From contig OZ024740.1 of NCBI GenBank assembly GCA_964016885.1, positions 338,086,001 to 338,150,000 of the forward strand: a stretch of 64,000 bases of DNA, given 5' to 3'. Position numbers and translations under genes: made by a program. This document shows positions 1 to 12,987 of this stretch, piece after piece. Position 1 is the first letter of the stretch, and each line of letters starts with the position of its first letter. This stretch comes from Eledone cirrhosa. Lineage: Eukaryota. The notes under the pieces were generated by a model that was not told where the DNA came from, searched no databases, and was given only the letters and a program-made list of their open reading frames with translations.

Positions 1-376
1 CGTGAATCTGAGAGGGAACTATCTCTACATATATATAAAACTGTAGTTGTCTGTGTGTGTGTCCTCATTTTTGCAAAGTCTATACAAATCCACATTTCTA
101 CTCCGATTGACTTCAAACTTGCATTTATTTATTCCTTGCGGTCTAAAGATATTAACTGCAGCTTTTATTTTTCAATTTTCTGTTGTTAAAGGGGTGTTAG
201 GCGCCGGTTATCGATCTCCCTCTCTCTTTCTTAGTCTGTCTTTTTAGATAGATAGATACAAAGCTATAACGTCGCGCCCTTATAATATCTGTCTGTATGT
301 CCGGCTGTCTGCATTACGACATTATGAAAACATTGTTCTCATTGCTGACGTATTATTTTCGCTATTTTCCGTTCAT

Positions 377-550
377 TGCCAGGGAACGTCTTCACGAACC
401 AAAGTATCGTCTTCCTGTTTTCCTTCGGTTGCAAAGTTTTTCGAAATATTTACTTCTGCGTTCACAGATTGATTTTTTTAGTTTCAGAAGATCTCGTTAA
501 GGGTGAAAGCAGCTATTCTTTGCTTAAACTTTAATCTGTTATTTTAATAT
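377..550 (+). repeat. Dispersed retroelement 3' end ending in (TA)n, carrying an HHR-like fold; nested in the Helitron
   Basis: Near-identical copy at 44861-45032; both run into (TA)n. Confidence 0.8.
464..539 (+). ncRNA. Type I hammerhead-like fold, variant core CAGAAGA
   Basis: Stem I ACAGATT..AGTTT/AAACT..AATCTGT; core CAGAAGA (485-491); stem II ctc-gttaa-ggg; GAAA (505-508); stem III AGCA/TGCT; putative CUU site. Confidence 0.5.
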
Positions 551-794
551 ATATATATATATATATGATTATATATTCGTGTACAGATATTATTGCATAC
601 ACAAAAACAAAATATAAACAAACGTATTTATTTCACGAAAGAACAGACGGCTTATCGTCATCGTTACTGCCGATATGCCACCCAAAAAGTCCCACTACTT
701 TTAGCACAAAGCCAGCAATTACATAGTGCCACCAGAACGTGCTGCCACCAGAAGAGCACTTGAAATAGACAACCAACGAACCATTCGCCGAACC

Positions 795-920
795 GTGTCA
801 GCTTTGCAATGTCTATCAACAAATCCCAGGGTCAGACCATAGCTGTTGCTGGTTTCTTTTGGAAGAGTCATGTTTTTCACATGGGCAACTATATGTTGGC
901 TGCTCAAGAGTGGGAAGCAA
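795..920 (+). pseudogene. Helitron RepHel helicase motif V/VI fragment (frameshifted)
   Basis: Translates FAMSINKSQGQT and, after a frameshift, VFSHGQLYVGCSRVGS, the PIF1-family C-terminal signature. Confidence 0.85.
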
Positions 921-1311
921 GACAAATTTCTTTGCATATGCCCGACACGGAAGAACAAGGAACATTATGTACAAGGAGGTGCTACAATCATTGTTTAGGT
1001 AGACGAGACAGAAGGGAATATACACGATTGACTGAAGAAGAACGAGACTGTGTTAGTAGTACGACCAACGGCTGCTATCACACCAACAGCTGCAAAAGCA
1101 AGAACAAAAAAGAGAGGGAACGCAATTACATGCTTTTGAAAAATGTTAATGGAAAATTATTTGCCTAAGCACAAAATGTAGACACCATCCTCAGGCAGAG
1201 GTATTCCGTATTTCTCTGTACTATTTCAGAAAGGAGGGATAAACATGCCAATCTATGTTTAGAAGCCCGAGCAACGCCAGGCCATTCTGCTAGTATATAA
1301 TATATTAGAAA

Positions 1312-1362
<51 letters not shown>

Positions 1363-1399
1363 CTGAGAAATTGTGAGAAATGCAAATTGATAGATAGCT

Positions 1400-1850
1400 G
1401 GCTGCAGGCATGGCAATGTATTTAAAAGTTCAATGCAAATGAAACATAACCACATTCAATCCCCCACCCCTAAAAAGACAACTTGGAACTGTCAAAATCC
1501 ACCCACTTGTCTGTTTAATAGATTCTGTCTCTCAAAAAAGTTGTATACTGAAAATAACTATGGAGATTTAACTGCAAATACTTTCAAGAGTCGTTATTGT
1601 CAGCACTTTCACTGATAGAAAATGAGGAAGACCATAAATTCCATACGTCTGTCTTAATTTGTCTGGAAAATCAGATACCAGATAGTTACATGTCCACCAA
1701 TGACATGGAATATTGTCGATAGAGCCATTTCATACTTCAATCTATCACAGAACTGTAGAATTTGCTTAACAGAAAAGTTTCAGATCATGAAGTAATATCT
1801 TTTAACTTGAGATTAGAAGTATTATCTATCTAATTATCACCCCTAGAGGA
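1400..1850 (+). pseudogene. Degenerate Penelope-like GIY-YIG endonuclease fragment
   Basis: Motifs NCQNPPTCLFNRFCL, TANTFKSRY..H, FVWKIR, WNIVDRAISY and CRICLTEK, interrupted by stops. Same motif order as 13066-13440 and 46537-47091. Confidence 0.7.
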
Positions 1851-1854
1851 GGTT

Positions 1855-2197
1855 TCTCTTGGATAGTGTCCAACCATCGACTTTTAGTGCTCTGCACCTT
1901 TTTATGCAGCTGTCATCCTCATATGCATCACATGTCCATACCAACGCAACTTCCTCTCCTGCACACCGCATTTAATTCCTCTTATGCTCACTCTCTGTCT
2001 CAATTCGTTCATGCTTTGCCGTTCACGTATATAACTTACACATCCATCAGAGCATGCAAGCTTCATTTCTTTCTAATCCAAGCAAGTCTTCTGCACACAA
2101 CACCCAGGTCTCACTACCATGTAACTTTGTTGTTCGTATACACGCATCATATAGTCTGCCTTTCATTTTGAGGGAAAAGCCCTTTGCAGCTAGCAGT
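1855..2197 (-). pseudogene. RTE-clade LINE ORF2 3' fragment
   Basis: KGFSLKMKGRLYDACIRTTKLHGSETW; homologous to 34010-34650. Confidence 0.75.
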
Positions 2198-2474
2198 GGT
2201 AAATATAAATAAATATATATATAAATATATAAGCAATCTAAAATTCTGCAATATAATACGAACAGCATTAAAAGCACCTTTATATAACCAAAATATTATA
2301 TTATCACTCACGATAATTATGAAGCAATAATTTAGGTTGGGTGGGGTGTAATCTCTCTACCAGAACACAGAACGACTGCCATCCCAAATTATACACTAAT
2401 TAGACTAGTCAGACCCTTCACAACTGGTCGTCTATTAATATACAGAAGAAACTTGCATAATTGACATTCGTAAA

Positions 2475-2735
2475 CAGGGCCTGATTTAATGGGAGGCAAA
2501 GGGGGCAATTTCCTCGGGCCGTCTGCAGTGGCGGTGAGTTGGGGCACCAGTGACGGCCGTAGCAATTTATTTGTGCCCTCAACTGGCCTTTTTAGTATGG
2601 GGGGGAGGGTGTAGAATTTTTGAATTTAATACCTGTATGTATAACTTTTCAATTCCAATTAGTGGGGGAGGGGTGCTGTGTATTCTATTTTTTTCTAGTG
2701 TGTGACCCCCCTCCCCCCATCTAAATCCCACCCTG
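2475..2735. mobile_element. hAT-type MITE
   Basis: Imperfect TIRs CAGGGCCTGATTTA / TAAATCCCACCCTG, flanked by the perfect 8-bp TSD TTCGTAAA (2467-2474 and 2736-2743). Confidence 0.8.
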
Positions 2736-2743
2736 TTCGTAAA

Positions 2744-4850
2744 GTAGTAAGAAACAACACTATACAAGAAATGCAGTCTCTCATTTAATACTCTCACAAA
2801 TATCATCATTGGTGGGAGTACTCAAACTCAATGTCTCCTCGTCTGCAAAATACTTCAAATAACAAGAGAGGTAACATAATATTGTCAGAATTAAACTCTA
2901 TTTTCATCCTAAACATTCAACACTAACACATAATTCACCAAATCAGCTGCAACAAATCTTTCATATAAATTATCTTGTGCTCCACACACTTAACTACCAC
3001 AACCGCTTTGTAAACATTACCCCCAACTTTCTCCAGACAACCTATCAATTATCACAAAAACACACTCGCACATCAATAAACAAAGGAAAAAACACTTTAA
3101 AAAACTTCAAAAAAGCACAATGAAACAAGCTTCATCAAGGAACCAAATTAAGGTTTTCAGAGTTCAACAACGCTACAACCACAATAGACACTGCAGTATA
3201 TACATTCAACAAAGAAATTATAGACTTATCTAAACAAAAAACATTCCACAAGGCAACATAAAACTACAACCCCAGTTACACACCAGAAATAGCCAACCTC
3301 ATAAAAACCAGAGACAACCTTAAGCACAATAGATTAAAACAATGCACCACAGAAATAAACTCCGCATCAAACTATTAAACTAGGAAATAACAAAATAAAA
3401 ATATACGACAAAAACCCCAGAAAACTGGCAAACATCTGTATTTCAGAGTAATTAGTAGCATCAACAATAACTATTTCGTCCCCTTCCCCATGTCACAAAA
3501 CAAATTCAAATTATATAACCATACTGCAGCACCAGGCAAACGCCTTTATCAAATACTTTTGGAAATCACCTGCTAAAAGAAAACAGGAACATAAAACAAA
3601 GGAATACGGACAACCAGCATAAAACCTGATTTTGACCTTGTCTTCCTTCCACTAGAAATAAAAAACGCAATAATAGAATAAAAAAAAAGAAAAAAATACT
3701 AGTAGCTTGAATGAGGGTGGTCTACCGCTGACATTTTTATAGGGGCGGTACTTTTGTCTCTTGTATATTATAGAGTATGTGGAAGAGGGGAGTGGAAAGC
3801 TCAAGGGCTGTCGTGAGCAGCTCACACTTTAGCTACGCCACTGATCCCCGGGTCAGACAAAATCATAAACATACACCTAAAACATATAGGGATTGAATGA
3901 ATCCCTACAATGATCAAGACCTACAACTACCTATATCAATAACGTAAAATTTGCTGAATCTGGAAGCTGGGTAAAATTATAACAATTTTAAAGCCAACAA
4001 AAATCCAAATGAAGTAACATCATATAGACCCACAGTCCTCCTATGCATACCCTTAACAAAACTAGAAAGTCTAATTCTTGACACCACCAACCCACACGTC
4101 TCTCTTTCTCTTTTAAAATCACAACAGCCAATACCCGCATTACCGACAAACAAACACAGAAAATACATAGTGTCTTTAACAACAACAATAATAATTGTTT
4201 CTTCTTTTTGGCACAAGGCCAGCAATTACCCAGTGCAATACTGGTACTTTATTTTATCGACCCCGTAAGGAGGAAAGGCTAAGTTAACCTCGGCGGGATT
4301 TGAACGCAGAATGGCAAGGGCCGTAACTATGCGTCAAAGCATGGCGTCCGACTCTCTACCGATACTGCCAATCCACCGCCCTAACAACAATAATAATAAA
4401 ACCTTCCACAAGTGCTATTCTAACCAGCAAAGCTTCTGGCCTTATTTCTCACGATCTGCTTGTATGAGGAATACACATCCTAAGAAATAACACAGAATGC
4501 TGGCAAGCAAACTATCTCTCAGGCAACTAAGCTTACGAAGTGTGCATGGACGACACTTACAAAATGTACAACTTACTGAATAGTGTACTATAGAGATCCA
4601 CCTTCTCACCCATTCTTTGCTACCTATACCTATACGATATAGTAAAGATATCTCTACAAAACATAGACGGTCTCATACGTTGATGAAATTGTGCTCAAAT
4701 CCCCCATTCTCCAGACAACAAAACTATTCTCTAATCCTACGTAAATTCTATAAATAGCTGGCTCCTCAAGAACAGATTTAATGTAGCCCCTGCCAAATCT
4801 ACTGTCACCTCTCTTACTAACTACACAAGAGAACATTCAATATCACCAGC
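2744..4850 (+). pseudogene. Highly decayed non-LTR retrotransposon ORF2 (I/Jockey-like), interrupted by a SINE
   Basis: WKLGKIITILKP..SYRPTVLLCIP..KLESLI (RT N-terminal region) at ~3960-4080; SPIL..Y and SYVDEI (YADD-like) at ~4600-4690; A-rich sense strand. Confidence 0.6.
4193..4381 (-). mobile_element. tRNA-derived SINE (family A)
   Basis: A box TGGCAGTATCGG, B box G.GTTCAAATCC, core GCCTTTC.TCCTTACGGGGTCGATAAAATAAAGTACCAG, tail GTAGAAACAATTATT. Flanked by AACAACAATAATAA direct repeats. Confidence 0.85.
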
Positions 4851-5019
4851 CCACACATTCAACTATATAAGCATTCAACACAGACGATAACAATACTAAG
4901 TGTTACACTATACCTCTCTGCATCACACTATTTTAAACTACATTACATCACACCACATTTCACCTCACCATGCTACTTTGCGTTTCGTTAAACTGGGCCT
5001 CCTTACCACATTACGTTCA

Positions 5020-5192
5020 ACCAGCCCGACGGGCAGATGTCCCACCCACTTTGGGGTGGGTGAGAGATGTCTTCTCTTGTGAAAATGAGTATATCTTTCA
5101 TTATGTAAAATCTCCCCATTTTGCTTCATTTCTCCCCGTTTTGGGGCACTCCTTTTCATAGTATTGTCCGTTTGGGATTTTAGATGTTGGCA
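5020..5192 (+). repeat. Unclassified dispersed repeat
   Basis: TCCCACCCACTTTG.GGTGG.TGAGAGATGTCTTCTC...GTTTTGGGGCACT also occurs in reverse complement at ~28468-28600. Confidence 0.65.
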
Positions 5193-5227
5193 GTTCTGCT
5201 ACACCAAACTACATTATATTATTATGA

Positions 5228-5542
5228 TTTGAGTTCAAATGCCGCCGAGGTTAACTTTGCCTTTCATCCTTACAGGGTCGATAAAATAAAGTACCAGTAA
5301 TACACTGGATAATTGCTGGCTTTGTGCCAAAAGTAGAAACAATTATATTATATAGACGTGGATTGGCAGTATCGGTAGAGGGTCGGACGTCATGCTTTGA
5401 CGCATAGAATTACGGCCCTTGCCATTCTGAGTTCAAATCCCGCCGAGGTCAACTTTGCCTTTCATCCTTACGGGGTCGATAAAATAAAGTACCAGTAATG
5501 TACTGAGTAATTGCTGGCCTTGTGCCAAAAGTAGAAACAATT
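5228..5542 (+). mobile_element. Two tandem family A SINEs (5'-truncated 5228-5345; full 5355-5542)
   Basis: Same A/B boxes, core and tail as the other copies. Confidence 0.85.
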
Positions 5543-6066
5543 ATATATACTACACCACACCATAGTTGACATACTATACTGCATGAGGCCACGCTACACA
5601 GGATCATTCTGCACAACACTGCATTCCAATACAGCACACTACACTTCATTGAAAGAAACATATATCATTGTTGTCGCATGTCTATCAGCAACAACAGTCG
5701 TAGCAGTAGCAATTACAGCAATAGCATGGAAAATCAAATTACAATCGCCGCCCGTAATCGAGTATGACTTGGTTGTATGTAACATACTTTCACTTTGGAT
5801 TTCATGTGCCCATGCAGTCACGAGCAGACACCCTCTCGACACTTTCCTTTGATCCAACAGAACATCCAGGATGTGATAGCTGGAACGAGAGATGGTTGCA
5901 TCAGCTTTGAGCTGATTCTTTCGTTATCTACTCCGTAAGGACGAGAAACAAAGTGAACCTCGACGAGATTTGAATTCAGAAGAGATGGACCTGAAACAAA
6001 TAACTAACGCTCTAATAACTCGGCCAAATTGACTGTCTTAGCAATAACATGAAACATATCGATAAT

Positions 6067-6488
6067 AATTGTTTCTACTTTAGGCACAAAGCCATCAATT
6101 TTGTGGGAGGGGAAAATCGATTAAATCGAACCCAGTACATTACTGGTGCTTTATTTTATCGACCCCGTAAGGATGAAAGGGAAAGCTAACACTGGCGGGA
6201 TTTGGACTCAGAACGGAAAGAGCCGTAACTCTATGTTGTAAAGCATGTTGTCCGATGCTCTACCGATTCTGCCAATCCACCGCCCTAACCATACCGATAA
6301 TAATTGTGTCTACTTTTTGGCACAAGGCCAGCAATTATGCCAGTGCATTACTGGTACTTTATTTATCGACCCCGTAAGGATGAAAGGCAAAGTTAACCTC
6401 GGCGGGATTTGAACTCAGATCATAAAGGGAGGTAACTCTATGCTGCAAAGCATGGCGTCCGACCCTCTACTGATACTGCCAATTCACC
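6067..6488 (-). mobile_element. Two tandem family A SINEs (6067-6285 and 6302-6488)
   Basis: Reverse complement of the family consensus. The first copy carries an extra GGGAGGGG..CGATTAAATCGAACC segment. Confidence 0.85.
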
Positions 6489-7447
6489 AATAACATGGGG
6501 CAGAATGATAACCAAGACATAACACAATAACATTAACAACAGTAGCCACAGCAACAGCATTAGTCATAATAATAAATAGCAACCAGAACGAAGATAACAA
6601 CAACAACAATCATATTAACAATAATAAGAGATACATCAAAAGCAACTGCAAACAAAAGCTCGAGTACAACTATCATAATAGCAACGACGACAACAACAGT
6701 AATGACAAGATAACTAACTGGAAACAGAAAGTGGCGAATGGGAAGAAAGAGAATGAAGAAAGCAATGAAGTCTGTGTTCCGCCACATATCACTCTTGTGC
6801 CAATAAAAGAACAGAATATTATTAGTAGTATTTATAAAAATAAATAAATAAATATCATTATTACTGTTGTTATTGTAGTTGTAGCTATTATTCAACTGAA
6901 CTAAATATAAAAACACAATTAAACATTGATGAATAAACAACGAAAAAGAAAAAAAGTAACAAATGAGGTGATCAATGGAAATGGATATGTATGTATATGT
7001 ATATGTGTGCGTGTGTGTGTTTATATGTGTATATATATATATTTTCACTGTGCTTTTTTCTCTTGAACAATTTTGTGGTATTGGATTTATATTATTGAAT
7101 CAGTTCTTTGGAAAGCAAACCACTAAAATCAATTAGTCTGAAATGAAAGCTAAATTTCACGAAACAGCGACAAGTTAATTTGCATGTGACACCGTTGAAA
7201 CTAAAAGTCAATTGTGTGTTTAATGCAATATATATGCTGCATGTATTTCTATTTTTGTGTGAAAATAGTAAAGGAAATGTGAAGTTTACAAACAATCTTC
7301 TCTCAAATGGGAAATATGCTTTTCAAATTGTTTCGTCCAAAATAGCTGTGGAATGTTTCAGCTTGTTTCTATTGGGAAGATATTAACAGAATATATCTAT
7401 AAGGAAGTCATCCAAGATGTCTCTGGTTTTAAATTTTAGTTGGTTAA

Positions 7448-7618
7448 TTATTCTAGCGCATCTAGTGTACCGACGTGTTTGAAGTAAATAGTCTTTTGCC
7501 GGTGCATGAAATGCTTGATATACTGTTTGAGCTGTTGACTGGTAAGATCAAGGGAATTGACGTTCAGTTTGAACTGATGATTGGTGTGGTCGTCACAGTC
7601 CATGCTCATCATGGATTT
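7448..7618 (-). CDS. Candidate terminal coding exon of an unidentified host gene
   Basis: Acceptor ttttctctgtgaacataatttaacttgcAG, then an open phase-0 frame KSMMSMDCDDHTNHQFKLNVNSLDLTSQQLKQYIKHFMHRQKTIYFKHVGTLDALE*. Non-repetitive and more GC-rich than its flanks; no homology recognised. Confidence 0.4.
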   Translation of the reverse strand, partial: KSMMSMDCDDHTNHQFKLNVNSLDLTSQQLKQYIKHFMHRQKTIYFKHVGTLDALE

Positions 7619-9675
7619 CTGCAAGTTAAATTATGTTCACAGAGAAAACTGTGGCAGTAATTGAGAATCGAATTTAGTTTTAGTACAGTCCTATTCTGAA
7701 ACAGTATAATGTCGACATAGTAATCATTGAGGATATAAATGCAAATATCTATGAAACGAAAATAAAATCCCAAGTGGTTAATACAGATACAATAAAATCT
7801 TACTTATATTGGTATGGGCGAAAGCAACGTTAAAATCATTTCCTCAATCTTAAATCTAAATTCAGAACAAGAAAAAGAGGAATGCTACATTCTTATCCAG
7901 ACGTTTATGGTACATAAAAGATCGATGTATTGACTATTTTCATATGAACTGGTCAATCAACGAACACAGAACACTCTAAATAGGGTAAGGCAATACCAAT
8001 TATTCACTGCATAGAACCATAATGTAATGACCTATTAAACCAATAATAGACGAGAATCTGAATTTGTGGTGTTAACGGAATAGTTATGGGCTGGTCGTAC
8101 TAATTTGGTGTATCTGCTTGTATTGATGTTTATACACCTGTATCAATGAGTGTCTTTCATAACTTAAATTCATTTGTTAGATGTGAATGCAGGAGATACT
8201 TGATTAACATAGCCAAAATATAAATGCGGAAATGTTATATTCTTAAGTGCAAAAAAGTGCTACGAAAGCATATAAGTAATTTTTACAAGGTCTGACACTG
8301 TTTAATGCAATTTCAAACAATATACATAATAAAATGTATTACCGTGTATGTGAAATCGTATCATAGGAGGGACTTTCTTAAATGCATTGTTATGCTGAAC
8401 TACTGGTAGCTGGTGACGGTAAATCATTTTGCTAAGATAAGAGCTTTTGTTAGGCGGTAGAATTCAATAATATCAAATTATGTGAATTTGTACGACGTTT
8501 TGTTCAAATGTGATGCATTGGTCTTGTTGCTGGTCTAATTTAGGAATTGATATTTCCTAGCAAATATTTTGCTCACCGCGCCTATATTTTAATGTGACGA
8601 TATTAATTGAACAGGAATATTATTCACACTTCTGACTGCACCTGTCTTGCACCAGAGCTTTTAAAAAGTAACTTTGAAAAGTAACTTTGAAACGTCTAAC
8701 CACCGGAAGTAAACACAGTTCAGGATCTTAACAGATTTATTAATGGTTGATGATTAGTATTTTCTAGCCTTACATACATCATCGTCTGAATGGTGAATTG
8801 GTCAACTTAAATATACAACATTTATTACCTCTATGTTTGGATATCGGGGTCTGATTCTTTTTTTAATAGGAAACCACACTCAAGTAACTATATATACATG
8901 GTTGGATTGGGATTGCTGTATTCGTTTACTTTATTTTGATGTTGGGTAGAGTAATGAGAGAACATACATATTACTTTATTTTTATGTTGGGTGGAGTATG
9001 TCAATATATATATTTCTCTTTCACACATATTTTACAGTCTTCTCCCCTTTTCGTCTCCTACAATATATTTATCTCACACTCTTCCCTCTCTTTTATTTTT
9101 TATTTACATTAGTAAAGCCTCGGAAATAATCAAACGTTTGCGATAAAAGACCGAATTTCTTTCCTCACAATTATGTATATTGATTCATGAAATTACATTT
9201 TTGGGTGATTACGCCAACTGTTGATGTAAATAGAAAAGATGCATGTTTTTCTACCAACTGATACAATATAGGATGTTTATTTAATGTCATTTTATATAAC
9301 ATATGGAGAATATCTTGTGGGTTTCGAAAGGAGTTTTGAGGAAACTTAATGAACCAACAAACCTGAAGAAAAGAATTCAGAACAGATGATAAAATGGACT
9401 TTTAACATAAAATTACGTACACTGATTTTTGTTATGTCATTTAAAATAGATTCTTCCAACGTATAATTACGACCTGAAACAGCTGCAGAAAATAAAATAA
9501 AAAAATCACAGGAAATTCCAAACTTTGTGGGAAACAGCGATGAATAAAGTTTACTGTGTATCAGTTAGTGATATAACATATACACTAATTCACAATTATA
9601 TATAACGTTTACTAAAATCATATTTGTGTTTAATGTGTCGTATATTTTACATGTATGTATGAATATGTATATAAA

Positions 9676-9930
9676 GGAGTGTGACTTAGTGGTTCGGGCA
9701 TTCGGCTCACAATCATATGGTCGTGAGTTCGATTCCCGGCGGCGCGTTTTATCCTTCAGCAACAGACTTTATTTCACGTTGATTTAGTCAGCTGAGTTGT
9801 ATCTGTAATCTCCCTAAGTAGACGTGTGAAGATGGAATGCTCAATGAGTTGCTCGTGAATTCCACGAGCTGGCTGTTCCGTTGATCGTATCCACTGGAAT
9901 ATTCGTCATTGTGATCGACGAAGTGGTAAT
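9676..9930 (+). mobile_element. tRNA-derived SINE (family B)
   Basis: A box TGACTTAGTGG, anticodon-like CTCACAA, B box GAGTTCGATTCC, followed by a non-tRNA body. Confidence 0.7.
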
Positions 9931-10829
9931 TGTGTATGTATGTATCATATATAAATCAGTATTTACTGTGGAATATCATTAATTTAAAATTAACTTTGGC
10001 CTTGTGCCAAAAGTAGAAACAATTAATTTAAAATTAACTCTGTCTTTCATTGGTAATTCCACTTTGAATGAAACTAAATTCCTTAATGTATTGAAAATTA
10101 TTTTTTATTAAATACAATGAAACAGACACAATCTTAGTCGATGAAATATTTTCAGCTCGCTTTATTACACACGTGAAACCCTACCGTATTATTTTTATTT
10201 AGTATGCAGTACGCTTCCGTGGTGTGTGTGTGTGTGTTTTAAGCCATGTAGTTGATACACATTAATAGCTTCGCTATATTCTCTCTATTTCTATATTCAT
10301 TGATTGCAGATTTGCCAATTGAGTAGAATATGCTTCGCAATGAAGGTCTAATAATACGGAAATGTGTCCGTTGCTTCCCTTTGTTAACTCTAATCTGTAT
10401 TGTCTGAGTTGCTTAAAATTTTGATCAACTGACATTATTAGAGGCTTGGAGGTTTTAGAATTTTAATACTATTAAAAGCATTTTTTGTTTACTAATTGTT
10501 TTGGATAATGTCAATTACTCTGGTTTTTAAACTCGCTATATTACATGTCAGCCATTACCGATGTTGGTTTCTGGACACTTGATTTTTCACGGTCACAACT
10601 TTCCCTTTATTTGGTTTCATTAATGGAGTGGCAGACCGTTAGAGCATCAGGCAAATGCGTAACAGTATTTGTTCCGGTTTAAGTTCAAACCCATCGAGAT
10701 GAACTTTGCCTTTCATTCTTTCGAATACTGGGATCGATGTAACCGACTTCCATAAATTGCTGGCCTTGTGCCTCAATTAGAAATATTGCTGTTCATATTG
10801 CTGATTCTTTTGTTTTGATACTACTTTGA

Positions 10830-11590
10830 CGCTAAACTCCGCCAGTTGCAGACTGCGCATCAACATGAGATATTTTTCTCCACAAAGTTCGATACCCAGC
10901 CGCATAGTTTAAAGAGCAAAGATCAAGTCAAGTCTAGTCCATAGGTTGATATTATCAAGCCATCGTTTTGGCTGCCGGCCTCTGCTTCTCTCACCAGCCA
11001 ACTTTCCTTCCAGGCATAACCTACTCACACCACTAGTTGATCTTTTTATATGACCGCATAGTTTGAGTACTCTGGACTTGACAATTGATGTAATTGGTCT
11101 AAGTCTGGTAATGTTGAGCAGCTCACTGATACAGATATGGTCGCTGAGCCAATTGCCAGTCATAAGTCTCATGATGTGGTTCTGGAATGTAGAAAACTTC
11201 TGAAGTGACCTTGTCGTCCCATTAACACAGTCAAGACCATATAACACAACCGGTAGGATGTAATTATCGAAGATATTAGCCCTCAAATAATAGGAAACTG
11301 GTTCTTGTTGAAAGCTGCTCAACCTAGAGCGATGCGATACTGCACAGCAACCATTCCATTGTTGTTTGATGATAGTTTGTGACCGAGATATACAAACTCC
11401 GTAACTTCAGCAATTTGCTGGTTGTAGATTGTGAGTTGGAGATTGGCATTGTTTTTATCAGTTGTCATACATTTTGTTTTGGAGATGTTGATGCGCAAGC
11501 CAGCCTCCAGCGAATGTTTGGCCAATACATTCAGAAAGTCTTGCAGATCAGTTCTAGAGTAACTCATGATGGCTAGATCGTCTGCATAGT
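10830..11590 (-). pseudogene. Non-LTR retrotransposon (RTE-like) RT C-terminal fragment
   Basis: YADDL-like start, GLRINISKTKCM, EFVYLG, LPVVLYG, LCGHIKR, GERSRGRQPKRWLDNI. Confidence 0.8.
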
Positions 11591-12617
11591 TTTGATAGTT
11601 AAACTATATTTTTTATTTTCATTTGCTGCTGAATGTGCAAAATGTTTAATCATCATCATTCGACTTTTTGACATTAACATAATGTTTAAAATGGAATTCC
11701 TATATGCTTTATATATCTCAGATAATAGAGACGAAATAATATTTTCATAGATGACATCCCTCACACAAAGTTGTTAAGATTTCTGTCTTTAGTTTCAAGC
11801 GATTCGTATGAATTTGTGTGCCGATAGTTATTTAGAACAGACGGATCTGATGTCTTTGACAACATTTTACACCACATTAGAATGAGACATCGTGTTTAAT
11901 ACGTTTTTGTAAAGAAATCTTAAATAATTGTCAGTAAATAACGAAAGCAATAACTTTTTATATTAACAACAATGATAGCCATACAGAAAAAAATCGGGGA
12001 CTGCAAAAAGTCCAACGAAAGTATACAATACTAACGGACGCAGTATTCTATTAAAATACGTGAAAAATATAGAAATTAACAGCATACAATAGTAAAAGCA
12101 ATCTGTGTTTAATAATTAAAGTATTAATATAGTAACATTTCTGCAAATTTAAAATGGTATTGCTTCAAGTTATTAAGAATTAAAACAATTAAAAATGCAA
12201 ATGAAATATACATACACCCTTGTGTTTATGTATGCACCTCTTCCCTCCCTTTATTTACCTTCTTTCAATCTTTTCCTTTCATTTTCCATTATTTGTGCAG
12301 TTGCGCGTGCGCGTTAAAAGGCCTTTCGATTCGTTTCCAAGGACGCACACACAAACTTACCGCAAATTCAAATATATATATATGTATATATATATATGTG
12401 TTTGTGTATATGTGAATCTTTATATTTAATAATCTCCCATAAGGTTGAGATGCAATTTGGGCAATATTGGGCTGCGCTTTCTATCAACCAGCCCACTCGC
12501 CGTAAGCAACCAATCACACTCTTTCTGACTTGACCACTGCCACGTCACAGTTCTTAGCCATTTTGAATTCGTTTCTGACGGGGATCACTTAAGAAAATTC
12601 TTTGTCCAAATGAGTTT

Positions 12618-12697
12618 GTTTCCTGATGAGTTCGAAGCTCGAGATTTTATGCTTAATAGGATATTTCCGAAAGCGAACGAAACCCTAGGGTAGAAAT
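12618..12697 (+). ncRNA. Type I hammerhead ribozyme, canonical core
   Basis: GTTTC-CTGATGA(12623-29)-GTTCG..39 nt..CGAAC-GAAA(12679-82)-CCCTAGGG-TA-GAAAT. G10.1-C11.1 intact, GUA cleavage triplet, palindromic stem III ACCCTAGGGT. Confidence 0.8.
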
Positions 12698-12987
12698 GTA
12701 ATCCTGGTATGTGTATATGCATTTTTTCTTCTAACTTAATTTTATACCTAATTGTGTATGGTTGACGGTATATTAAATCGATTTCCACGTGCTATTGAAA
12801 TGTTGGGTAAATATTCTATAGCGGTTGGTCGCGAATAGATTGGTGTCATTTATTTATCTACTATTTCTTCATAGGTGCCTTTTAATCTTATAGCCTGGTT
12901 TAATTGATTTTTTGTGGTTAATTATGCTAATTAGGAGAGGAAATGGTGTATATATATTATCAAATGATTCTATGGACATACTTTATA

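Larger units (their letters stand above)
22..1293 (+). mobile_element. Non-autonomous Helitron retaining a PIF1-like helicase C-terminal remnant
   Basis: Starts A|TC(TC)TACATATATATAAAACTGTAGTTGTCTG. Ends with the GC-rich hairpin GCCCGAGCAACGCCAGGC followed by CTAG|T. Termini match the element at 15098-16059. An internal helicase fragment is present. Confidence 0.85.

Noticed and set aside
9676-9745. tRNA gene
   Set aside because: A and B boxes are present but the acceptor stem does not close and a SINE body follows. The same applies to family A SINE heads.
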